Source: a virus (lineage: Duplodnaviria; Caudoviricetes). Taken from it: DNA of 64,000 nucleotides. Positions 17,612 to 25,422 of this stretch are shown piece after piece. Both the position numbers and the translations under genes were made by a program. The notes under the pieces were generated by a model. That model was given only the letters and a program-made list of their open reading frames with translations. It did no database searches and was not told the DNA's origin. How positions within the stretch are numbered: position 1 is the stretch's first letter; every line of letters starts with the position of its first letter. Location of the stretch: the IMG/VR virus record IMGVR_UViG_3300010376_000034, positions 5,575-69,574 of that record, one strand, 5' to 3'.

Positions 17612-17806
17612 ATGAAAACCCGCATCATCATCGATTGCAATGCTACCTGCTGGCTTGCGCACTTCGCCGAGGGCAACCCGTGGCACATGCCGGCAAACTG
17701 CTGGCTGCCGCTGCCTTGCGTGGCCGAGCACGCGACCGGCGCCATGGTCCGCGATCACCTGCACCGCCATTTCCCCGGCGCCAATGTCGTGGGGGTGTGG
17801 TCATGA
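17612..17806 (+). CDS. Hypothetical protein
   Basis: Starts 1 nt after the upstream stop. Confidence 0.45.
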   Translation: MKTRIIIDCNATCWLAHFAEGNPWHMPANCWLPLPCVAEHATGAMVRDHLHRHFPGANVVGVWS

Positions 17807-17883
17807 CGCGCATCGAGTTTTGGCTAGCGTGGTCGCTCGTGTGGTGGGTGATCGCGCTCGCACTCGCATATGGAGTCGCCTGA
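17803..17883 (+). CDS. Small single-TM peptide (MTRIEFWLAWSLVWWVIALALAYGVA)
   Basis: ATGA-coupled; hydrophobic. Confidence 0.35.
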   Translation: MTRIEFWLAWSLVWWVIALALAYGVA

Positions 17884-17923
17884 AAGGAGGTGAGGCCGCG
17901 CACCAGGGCGCAACCCCGCGCCC

Positions 17924-17975
17924 TGCGGTCCGCCGGTTCGCCCGGCGCTGACGAGGCCACGAGGCCGAAACCGCA
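17924..17975 (+). ncRNA. Hammerhead ribozyme, type III
   Basis: Stem III TGCGGT/ACCGCA, GUC cleavage triplet, stem I CGCCGG/CCGGCG, core CUGACGA, stem II GGCC-ACGA-GGCC, GAAA. Confidence 0.85.
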
Positions 17976-17992
17976 AACACAAGGAGTCTAAC

Positions 17993-19558
17993 GTGACGAC
18001 ACCGACCAAGAGCCAAACCCAAGCCGCCGACATTGCCGCGCTATTGCGCGCGCGCAATGCGGTGCTTTGGGTGAACTCCGCCGAAGAGGTGCGAGTCGAG
18101 CTTTACCTTGCGCAAGCCTGCGCGAGCGCCGGCTACAATCCCGTGTTCTGGGACTGCGCCGCCGGCATCACGGATCTGACCGGTAAGCTAATCGCCGGGC
18201 AGGAAACCCAAGACGCCACCGAAGCGCTCAAATATATCCGCAACCGCGCACGCCAGGGCGCCGACCGCATCGTCTACATCATGCGCGATCTGCACAAGTG
18301 GCTAGACGGCGCAATCGGAATCCAGACCCTGCGCCAGCTGCGCAACCTCGCGCGCGAGCTTCCCCCGCTCGCCGCCTCCATCATCGTGCTGGCACCGTCC
18401 GGGAACATTCCCCCCGAGCTTGCCGGCGGCGATGCCGTGGTGATCGAGTGGCCGCTCCCCGACCGCACCGAAATCGGCGCCATCCTCGACACCGCCATGA
18501 AGAACGGCGGCGCCAAGGTGGAACCGCTGAACGGCCAACGCGATGCAGCCATTGACGCGGCTGTGGGCTTGTCGGGCCTGGAGGCGGAGGCGTGCTTTGC
18601 CAAGAGCCTCGTGCAGTCGCGCCGCATCGACCCGGCGGTGATCGCGGCCGAGAAGAAGCGAGTCATTGCCCGCGCCGGGGTGCTGCAATGGATGGAGCCT
18701 CTACCGGGCGGCTTCGATTCAGTCGGCGGCTTGGATGTGGTGCAGGCATGGATTGCGGCCCGCGTCATCGCCAACAGCCCCCGGGCCCGCGCCTACGGCT
18801 TGCGGCCGCTGCGCGGCATTTTCCTTGCCGGCGTTAGCGGTTGCGGCAAGACCTACCTCGCCAAGGCGATAGCGTGGGCGCTGGGTCGCGTTCCCATGCT
18901 GCGCCTCGACCCGGGCGCGCTGAAATCCAAGTTCATGGGAGAGAGCGAGCAAAACTTTCGCAAGGCGCTCGCCACCATCGAGAGCGTGGGCCCGTGCGTC
19001 GTCCTGGTGGACGAGTTCGAGAAGGCGTTTGCCGGCAGCACCGGCCCGCAAGGCGACGCTGGTGTCAGCGCCGACCAAATGGGCGCGTTCTTGACCTGGA
19101 TGCAGGAGCGCACCTCGCCGGCCTTCCTGGTGGCGACCGCAAACGATGTGACCGGCTTGCCCCCCGAGGTGTTGCGCAAAGGGAGGTGGGATGAGTTGTT
19201 CTGGGTGGACCTCCCGACCGCCCGCGAACGTGTCGAAATCCTTAACGCCACGCTGCGCACCAAAGGCCGCGAGGCAATGGACGAATACACAGCGCTCATC
19301 AAACCGACAGAAGGCTTTTCCGGCGCCGAGCTTGCCGCGCTGGTGGACGAGGCAATGTTTGCGGCGTTTGCCGACGGCGAGCGCGAGTTGACACTAAACG
19401 ACCTCGCCGAGGCGGCGCGCAACGTCGTCCCGCTCTCGGAAACCGCTAAGGAGAAAATCAACGCCATGCGCGCGTGGGCAAAGGGCCGCGCCCGCCCGGC
19501 GACCACGCCCGAAGCCGAGCGCAGCGCGCAGACTGGCCGCGCGCTGGACTTGTCCTAA
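17993..19558 (+). CDS. AAA+ ATPase (SpoVK/Ycf46/Vps4-like)
   Basis: GVSGCGKT Walker A, VLVDEFEK Walker B, VATAN sensor 1, LPPEVLRKGRWDE arginine finger; degenerate N-terminal AAA domain. Confidence 0.9.
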   Translation: MTTPTKSQTQAADIAALLRARNAVLWVNSAEEVRVELYLAQACASAGYNPVFWDCAAGITDLTGKLIAGQETQDATEALKYIRNRARQGADRIVYIMRDLHKWLDGAIGIQTLRQLRNLARELPPLAASIIVLAPSGNIPPELAGGDAVVIEWPLPDRTEIGAILDTAMKNGGAKVEPLNGQRDAAIDAAVGLSGLEAEACFAKSLVQSRRIDPAVIAAEKKRVIARAGVLQWMEPLPGGFDSVGGLDVVQAWIAARVIANSPRARAYGLRPLRGIFLAGVSGCGKTYLAKAIAWALGRVPMLRLDPGALKSKFMGESEQNFRKALATIESVGPCVVLVDEFEKAFAGSTGPQGDAGVSADQMGAFLTWMQERTSPAFLVATANDVTGLPPEVLRKGRWDELFWVDLPTARERVEILNATLRTKGREAMDEYTALIKPTEGFSGAELAALVDEAMFAAFADGERELTLNDLAEAARNVVPLSETAKEKINAMRAWAKGRARPATTPEAERSAQTGRALDLS

Positions 19559-19560
19559 GC

Positions 19561-19604
19561 TTGCAGCCCATGCCGCGCTGTGGAGGGCGCGGCATGACCG
19601 GCAG
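19561..19604 (+). repeat. TTGCAGCC-hairpin-(AC)CGGCA intergenic element, copy 1
   Basis: CATGCCGCGC/GCGCGGCATG stem between conserved flanks. Confidence 0.7.
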
Positions 19605-19613
19605 GCTAATCGC

Positions 19614-19642
19614 TTGACCGCTGTGCCATCGTGGCATAGTAT
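19614..19642 (+). promoter_or_regulatory. Putative sigma70 promoter with an internal palindrome
   Basis: TTGACC-17 nt-TAGTAT; spacer contains TGCCA-TCG-TGGCA. Confidence 0.65.
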
Positions 19643-19666
19643 CAAAACGCAACAGGAGTCTGACAA

Positions 19667-20452
19667 ATGATACTCAATACCACCATCCGCCCGGGTCTGC
19701 TGGTGCACGTGTCCACCAGCATCAAGGGCAATGTGAGCTACGACGTCACCCGCCTTGGCACCAAGCAAACCGTTGAAGGCGAAATAGAAGAATGGGACAC
19801 CAAGCGCTTGACCCGCGACGTTGACGAGCAAGAACGCGCCAGCAAAGCGCGCTCCCTGGCACGCTCCAAGATTCAGTCGGTGTGCATTCCCATCGAGCCG
19901 GGCGGCTTGCTGTGCCCGCAAGACCGCGCCGACCAGCTGGCGCTTGCCGAAGCGGAAGCGCTGCGCATCGTAGAGGAGTTCAACGACTCGGCGCAGATCA
20001 CCCGGCTCACGTTTCGCGTGGTCACCGGCAGCATCGCCCCCAGCGATGCCCGCGCAATCAAGATGATTAACCAGGAGTTGCGCGACCTCATGGAGTCGAT
20101 GGCCGAAGGCATGGCGAGCCTGGACGTCAAGAAGATCCGCGAGGCCGCCGACCGCGCCACCCAGGTCAACAAGATGCTCCCCAGCGAAACCGGCGAGCAA
20201 GTCAAGAAAGCAATCGAGCTTGCGCGCAAGACCGCAACCGATATGCGCAAGGCCGCCGAGGTAGGCGCCGCCGAAGTTGACCAAGTTGCTATCGCGCGCA
20301 TTCAGGAAGCCCGCACGGCGTTTCTGGACCTGGACGACAACCAAGGCACCATCGGCGAGGTGGAACACGCCGGCCGCTCGCTGGACCTCGCACCCGAGGC
20401 GCCGGCGCCCGTAACCGAGCCGGCCGCGCAAGGCCGCATGTTCGAGGTGTGA
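19667..20452 (+). CDS. DUF3150-like helical protein
   Basis: Helical 261-aa protein following the AAA ATPase; family assignment from recall only. Confidence 0.45.
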   Translation: MILNTTIRPGLLVHVSTSIKGNVSYDVTRLGTKQTVEGEIEEWDTKRLTRDVDEQERASKARSLARSKIQSVCIPIEPGGLLCPQDRADQLALAEAEALRIVEEFNDSAQITRLTFRVVTGSIAPSDARAIKMINQELRDLMESMAEGMASLDVKKIREAADRATQVNKMLPSETGEQVKKAIELARKTATDMRKAAEVGAAEVDQVAIARIQEARTAFLDLDDNQGTIGEVEHAGRSLDLAPEAPAPVTEPAAQGRMFEV

Positions 20453-20586
20453 CCGTGGACGACAAGATAGCGTTAGCTTTTTTCTTGGGCTTTGTCCTTG
20501 GCATCCTTGCCACATCGCCACTCGGAAAAGCCGCCAACGACTGGCTGACTTATGGCCGTGTGCCTTGTGACGATTCTTGCGGATAA
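20449..20586 (+). CDS. Small single-TM protein
   Basis: GTGA-coupled; IALAFFLGFVLGILA. Confidence 0.35.
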   Translation: MTVDDKIALAFFLGFVLGILATSPLGKAANDWLTYGRVPCDDSCG

Positions 20587-20597
20587 GGAGTCTGACA

Positions 20598-20945
20598 ATG
20601 CCATGTGATCGCACACTGAAACCTCGCCAGACTATCAGCGAGCGCGCGGCCGAGGTGCGTCAGGCGACGGAGCGGCTTGCGGCCGCTCTCGCCGCCGGGC
20701 GCGCGCGCGTCGTCATCAACAAGGCAACCGGCGCTATTGCCTTCACCGGCTGGGACGAAGCCAGCCGCGACGGCATCACCGACGCTTGCGCGTACCGCAG
20801 GATAATGGCGACCGGCAACGCCATGGCCCGCCTCGCCATCGAAAAGGCCGAGATACTTGCCGGGCGCAAGGTGGACAAGCAACAGGTCGCCTTGGGCGCC
20901 CACTCTCACGACGGGGGCGCCACATGGCACAGCCACAAGGGTTGA
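20598..20945 (+). CDS. Hypothetical protein (AAA-module associated)
   Basis: AGGAGTCTGAC RBS; MPCD...HSHDGGATW. Confidence 0.7.
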   Translation: MPCDRTLKPRQTISERAAEVRQATERLAAALAAGRARVVINKATGAIAFTGWDEASRDGITDACAYRRIMATGNAMARLAIEKAEILAGRKVDKQQVALGAHSHDGGATWHSHKG

Positions 20946-21124
20946 ACCCGAAGGCACAACAGGCCGGGCGCGACTATGCAAGCGAACTTGTCGCGCTCGC
21001 CATTCAAACGGCGTTGAAGGACTTCCCGGGCGACCACGCGGCGCAGTTCGCTTTCCTGGCGAGCTTGTTCGCCGAGCTTCGCCGCATCAGCGCGCGAGGC
21101 CAGAACGAAGGATTCCGACTATGA
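20942..21124 (+). CDS. Hypothetical protein
   Basis: TTGA-coupled ORF. Confidence 0.45.
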   Translation: MNPKAQQAGRDYASELVALAIQTALKDFPGDHAAQFAFLASLFAELRRISARGQNEGFRL

Positions 21125-21348
21125 CGACAAAAACACCATACGAGAGCATCGACCTCGCCCGCATGTATCCCGACCTCCATCGCGTATGGCAAACGCACAT
21201 GGCGAACCGCGCGATGATTCACGAGCTTGTGGATACGTTGCAAGTAATCGCCGACAAGATCGACCGCGCGTCAGGTTCGCCGACGTTTACCTCCGAGGAG
21301 CATGACACGCTTGTCGCGTTGCTCGCCAAGGTAAGGGGCGAGCCATGA
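21121..21348 (+). CDS. Hypothetical protein
   Basis: ATGA-coupled ORF. Confidence 0.55.
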   Translation: MTTKTPYESIDLARMYPDLHRVWQTHMANRAMIHELVDTLQVIADKIDRASGSPTFTSEEHDTLVALLAKVRGEP

Positions 21349-21551
21349 CGCGCCAGATCAACCGCGCCCTCCTGGCGACCAGCTTTCGCCGCATCGCCCA
21401 CGCCGCCAGTGTGATCGCGGAGGTGCTAGGCGAGGACGAGCAACTTAACAACGCCGTGCCGGCCAACTGGCCGCTCGCGCTTTCCGCCGACGAGTTCGCC
21501 GCCGAATGCTTCGCGATGGCGGAACACTACGAGCAACCCGACCATGAGTGA
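21345..21551 (+). CDS. Hypothetical protein
   Basis: ATGA-coupled ORF. Confidence 0.55.
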   Translation: MTRQINRALLATSFRRIAHAASVIAEVLGEDEQLNNAVPANWPLALSADEFAAECFAMAEHYEQPDHE

Positions 21552-21630
21552 GCTTAGCTACCTGCTGGCGTTGGAACGCATGCACAACGTCAGCATCTAC
21601 ATCCGCATGCTGGACGCAAGGAGTCTGACA

Positions 21631-21894
21631 ATGACGAATCTTAACGACCCGGTTCTCAACTCTTTTTTCGCGAAAAAGAAGGAGGCCGCCACACGCAAAC
21701 GCGAGCAAGAGAAAATCGACAAGCGAGTCGAGCGCGCCTACTACGCCACGTGCAGCGGAATCCAAATCGACATCATGGACATCGGCAAAGTGTTCGAGGC
21801 CGGCCGCGACGCACTGAGGATGACGCCCGGACTCAACGACGAACAGCTTGGCATTGCGATCCGGCGCTACGTCGAAACCATCCGCAAGAACTGA
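21631..21894 (+). CDS. Hypothetical protein
   Basis: AGGAGTCTGAC RBS before MTNLND. Confidence 0.6.
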   Translation: MTNLNDPVLNSFFAKKKEAATRKREQEKIDKRVERAYYATCSGIQIDIMDIGKVFEAGRDALRMTPGLNDEQLGIAIRRYVETIRKN

Positions 21895-21936
21895 TTGCAG
21901 CCCATGCTCATCGCGAGGTGGGCATGACCGGCAATC
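21893..21936 (+). repeat. TTGCAGCC-hairpin element, copy 2
   Basis: GATTGC AGCC CATGCTCA..TGGGCATG ACCG GCAATC. Confidence 0.75.
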
Positions 21937-21967
21937 CGCCGAACCCCGTGAGAGAAGGAGTCTAACC

Positions 21968-22513
21968 ATGGGACAATACCACAAGATCGTGAACCTCGAC
22001 CGCAAGGAATATCTCAACCCGCACAAGCTAGGCTGTGGCCTGAAGCAATGGGAACAGCTTGCGAACCATCCGGGAACCGGCGCCGCGCTGCTGGTGCTGC
22101 TGGCATCTGCCTCGACCGGCGCAGGCGGAGGCGACTTTGCCGGCGGCAATGTAGTGGGCCGCTGGCGCGGCGACCGCATCGCCATGATCGGCGACTACGA
22201 CGACGACGTGACGTATGACACAGGGCAGATCGCCGCTGTTAGGTCCGAGCGCATGACTGGCGCAGCAATCTACAGCGCATGCGACCCCGAGCCGGAAAAC
22301 GGCGAGTCCTGGACCGACGTTAGCGACGACGTTGCTCGCGTCATCGAGGCCGAGCTTGCCGGTCGCTACACCGTGGAGCCCTGGACCATCGAATACGAGG
22401 ACGGCCGCAAGGAACACCGCACCGACGGTTGGCGGCATTTCATCGACAACGAAGACCTGCCCAAGGCCAAGAAGAAGAACCCGCGCCTGATCTTCCCGAC
22501 CGACGCGAGGTGA
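21968..22513 (+). CDS. Conserved phage hypothetical protein
   Basis: AGGAGTCTAAC RBS; MGQYHKIVNLDRKEYLNPH...GRWRGDRIAMIGDY. Confidence 0.7.
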   Translation: MGQYHKIVNLDRKEYLNPHKLGCGLKQWEQLANHPGTGAALLVLLASASTGAGGGDFAGGNVVGRWRGDRIAMIGDYDDDVTYDTGQIAAVRSERMTGAAIYSACDPEPENGESWTDVSDDVARVIEAELAGRYTVEPWTIEYEDGRKEHRTDGWRHFIDNEDLPKAKKKNPRLIFPTDAR

Positions 22514-22559
22514 TTGCAGCCCGGAGGCGTCCGCTGCGGCGCCTCCTCACGGCAATCAC
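22510..22559 (+). repeat. TTGCAGCC-hairpin element, copy 3
   Basis: GTGATTGC AGCCC GGAGGCG..CGCCTCC TCACG GCAATCAC. Confidence 0.7.
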
Positions 22560-22581
22560 GCCAACAAGGAGTCTGACCGAC

Positions 22582-23040
22582 ATGACCGACCTTCAAGACC
22601 TGTTCGCCCTCGCCGCCGAACACGCCGCCTACATCTTCAAGGAGAAAGGCGAGGTTGTGGCCATGTGGCACACCGTGGACGCCAATGACCAGCACACCGT
22701 GATCGTGACGCCGTGGAAGGACTCCGACGAAAAACGCGAGCTTGTGCAGGCGTTGCGCACCATGTTCAAGGCAATCGGCGTGACGCGCTATGTTTTCATG
22801 TGCGAAGCGTGGGCGCTGGTGACGGGCGATATGGCCGAGGTGAATCGGTACATCGGCCGTGTCGGCGAACACCCCGACCGCCGCGAAATTCTCACCGTCC
22901 GGGCCGAGGACAAGGACGGCAACCAAATGGCCGGCTGGTATTATATCCTGCGCCCCGAGCACGCGCCGGCCACGCTCTCGCCGCTGCACATGAGCGAGGC
23001 CGACCACACCGAGGGGGCCCTGACGGGTATGCTCAAATGA
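22582..23040 (+). CDS. Hypothetical protein
   Basis: AGGAGTCTGAC RBS; RYVFMCEAW motif. Confidence 0.65.
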   Translation: MTDLQDLFALAAEHAAYIFKEKGEVVAMWHTVDANDQHTVIVTPWKDSDEKRELVQALRTMFKAIGVTRYVFMCEAWALVTGDMAEVNRYIGRVGEHPDRREILTVRAEDKDGNQMAGWYYILRPEHAPATLSPLHMSEADHTEGALTGMLK

Positions 23041-23279
23041 ACCCATTCGCGCGACGGCTTGCCTTGTTGGTCAGCGACTACGGCAGCACACACCCTAACG
23101 CGATCACCGCCGCGCAACTGATGACGGCCGAATGTCTCTATATGGCCGCGAAGCTTGTGGCGTTCGGTTCGACCATGCCGGTCGATTCATTCTTGCAAGG
23201 CGCACGTATCGCCTACGAGCAAGCCACAAAGGACAGAGAGAAGGCACTCGCCGAGGGTGCCGTGGACACAAGGCACTGA
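23037..23279 (+). CDS. Hypothetical protein
   Basis: ATGA-coupled ORF. Confidence 0.5.
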   Translation: MNPFARRLALLVSDYGSTHPNAITAAQLMTAECLYMAAKLVAFGSTMPVDSFLQGARIAYEQATKDREKALAEGAVDTRH

Positions 23280-23281
23280 CC

Positions 23282-23503
23282 ATGACACCGCACGAATACG
23301 AGGCGGCGCGCAATGCGCTAGGCTGGACCCATGCCGAGCTAGCCGAGGCCATCGGCGTGGCGCCGCGCACGCCCTACCGCTACGCCAACGGCGAGGTGGA
23401 TATGCCCGAGCCGGCGGCGCGCCTCTTGCGCCTGCTGGTACGGACGCGCCTCACCGGAAGCGCGAAGAAGTTTGCAACCCTCGTGAAGGAGTTACGAGCA
23501 TGA
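23282..23503 (+). CDS. XRE-family helix-turn-helix regulator
   Basis: ARNALGWTHAELAEAIGVAPRTPYRYANGE. Confidence 0.8.
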   Translation: MTPHEYEAARNALGWTHAELAEAIGVAPRTPYRYANGEVDMPEPAARLLRLLVRTRLTGSAKKFATLVKELRA

Positions 23504-23796
23504 CCCTGTTGCACACAACGACGTTCGACTACCTCAACCCGAGCCAACGGCAAAAGGCGAGGATGCAGGTGCTTCGCCAAGCGGCCAAAGACTACGCCGC
23601 CACGCTTGAAGAGAACTTACCAGACGGGCCCGACAAGACTTACACGCTGCGCAAGCTGCGCGAGGTAGCGATGTGGGCAAATGTCGCCGTAACCAGAAAC
23701 ACCGACGGCGCCCCGCGCGACGAAGCCGAGCGTGTGCTGGTCGACTATCCGCCCGGCCATCCGGCCGAGGGCGACCTCGGCAGCTTTCCGACTTGA
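23500..23796 (+). CDS. Acb2/Tad1-family hairpin protein (putative immune-signal sponge)
   Basis: FDYLNPSQRQKARMQVLRQAAKDYAATLEENLPDGPDKTYTLRKLREVAMWANVAVTRN. Confidence 0.65.
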   Translation: MTLLHTTTFDYLNPSQRQKARMQVLRQAAKDYAATLEENLPDGPDKTYTLRKLREVAMWANVAVTRNTDGAPRDEAERVLVDYPPGHPAEGDLGSFPT

Positions 23797-23857
23797 AAAA
23801 AATATTTTCGGTCGCAGAAGCCCGCTAACAACGGGCACATCTCGCAACGACCATCTC

Positions 23858-23920
23858 CGAAAACGTGCGACTTGTCTCGGTAACGCCTGGAGTCAAGTCG
23901 GCGAAAACGTGCGACTTGTC
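23858..23920. repeat. Two perfect 19-bp direct repeats with an inverted core between them
   Basis: CGAAAACGTGCGACTTGTC at 23858 and 23902; CAAGTCG between. Confidence 0.85.
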
Positions 23921-24108
23921 CTTATGTGGTGTGAGCGCGAAACGCGAATCAGCGAAAAGCGCGGACCCCTCGTGCTATGATGCTGATGTTCGGTCAGTCA
24001 GACCGGACCCTGGCTGTTTGACATGTGAATATGCGAACAGAAAACCCGGAGCGCCGTCACGCGCTCCGGGCCAGGTATCCTCAGAACCAAGTTGAAGGAG
24101 TCTCAACC

Positions 24109-24609
24109 ATGACGGTTGAACGACGACAAGTCAAGTTAGCCAAGAACGCCGAGGCCATGGAGCGTGCGCTGTCTCGGTTGGTCCGCATAACCAATCGGAT
24201 CGACCAGCTGCGCCGCGAACGCAAGCGGCTTGTCAAGCCGCGGCCATTCCAGGAGCAACCCGAGGTGGCTGTCGGGCTCAACGATGAACTGCCGGAGATG
24301 AACTTTAAGGGAACGCCGGCTGACATCGGGGCGGCGGTGCCGGCCACCGCCCCGACCCGGAAAGAAACCCGCCCGCCCCAAGAGGAGGGCGACGGACTAG
24401 ACATCCCGGAATCTCTGCGCAGAAACCGTCGCCTCCAGACTCTACCCGATCCAAAGACCAAGGAGAAGAAGGCCGAGCGCCGCGTTGTGGAGAAACAAGT
24501 CCGCGACGCGGAACTCAGCGGCAAGCGGCGCCAGATGCCCAAGAGCGGCAAGGCCGCCATAGAGCATATCCTTGGCGAAGCGATTTACGGCAAGCGCGAC
24601 TCACGTTAG
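24109..24609 (+). CDS. Hypothetical basic protein
   Basis: AGGAGTCT RBS before MTVERR. Confidence 0.6.
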   Translation: MTVERRQVKLAKNAEAMERALSRLVRITNRIDQLRRERKRLVKPRPFQEQPEVAVGLNDELPEMNFKGTPADIGAAVPATAPTRKETRPPQEEGDGLDIPESLRRNRRLQTLPDPKTKEKKAERRVVEKQVRDAELSGKRRQMPKSGKAAIEHILGEAIYGKRDSR

Positions 24610-24631
24610 CGTCGCGCTGTTACCCTACGTC

Positions 24632-24940
24632 TCAACTGGCCGCACTCTCCGGGGTGCGGTCTTTTTCTTTTATCAGCTGACGCGCCAGCTGCACGCGCTC
24701 GTCGCCGGCGATGGTTGCGGCTTCCTCCGCTGTCGGCGCCCGCAACCGCATGTCGTCGCCCTCCCAAACCATCGGGGTGCCGCAATAGAAACACAGCGAA
24801 ACATCGCCGGGCTTTGGCGCCGGCCCCTTCCTGCGCTCGAAATCGAAGCCAAAAGCCCCGTCGAGGATCTTACCGCAACCGACGCAAGCGCTTTCGAGCG
24901 TGTGGACGTTGCGACCAAAATGAACCTCGCGCTTTTTCAT
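24632..24940 (-). CDS. Hypothetical zinc-ribbon protein
   Basis: CVGC...CFYC. Confidence 0.5.
   Translation of the reverse strand: MKKREVHFGRNVHTLESACVGCGKILDGAFGFDFERRKGPAPKPGDVSLCFYCGTPMVWEGDDMRLRAPTAEEAATIAGDERVQLARQLIKEKDRTPESAAS
24638..24670 (+). terminator. Rho-independent terminator ending the early operon
   Basis: GGCCGCAC-loop-GTGCGGTC followed by TTTTTCTTT. Confidence 0.8.
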
Positions 24941-25125
24941 CGGTGCCGCCTCTTTAGCCGCAGCCGCCGCACAGCCTTGTCCAACTCGCGCAGATGTTCG
25001 GCCATCTCGGTCTCGGCGATGCCCTGCGCCAGCGCCTTGGCCGTAATGACAAAGCCCAGCAATCCCTCATGGTCGGAAATCTGCAACGCGCCCTGCGCGT
25101 CGTAGACCAAACGATATTCCCTCAT
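24937..25125 (-). CDS. Hypothetical protein
   Basis: ATGA-coupled at both ends. Confidence 0.5.
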   Translation of the reverse strand: MREYRLVYDAQGALQISDHEGLLGFVITAKALAQGIAETEMAEHLRELDKAVRRLRLKRRHR

Positions 25126-25328
25126 GCCGCTCCCCGACTTCTCCATTCCAGGTGGCCGCTCACGGTCTCGGCCAGCTTGTAGCTGCGCGCCAACGCAAAC
25201 CAATGGCTGGCGACCGCCCGGTAGTGTGCCCGCTTGGCATCGTCGCAATGGCGGTTGTTGGCAATGGCGAGCGCCAGCAACGCGCGCTCGCGGCATAGGT
25301 TAGCCTGCCCAGTAAGGCGTCCAACCAT
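25122..25328 (-). CDS. Hypothetical protein
   Basis: GGAGG RBS; coupled to the downstream gene. Confidence 0.45.
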   Translation of the reverse strand: MVGRLTGQANLCRERALLALAIANNRHCDDAKRAHYRAVASHWFALARSYKLAETVSGHLEWRSRGAA

Positions 25329-25422
25329 GGCAACCTCCTACGAATCTCCCCGCACGGGAGTTCCATTACACGTATAGCGGAACCGCGAACGCTGCAATCA
25401 AAATCAGCGGTTGTGGAAAAGG

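Noticed and set aside
21227-25420. Additional DnaA-like boxes at about 21228 and 25412
   Set aside because: Isolated, mismatched or degenerate 9-mers, at a frequency compatible with chance.
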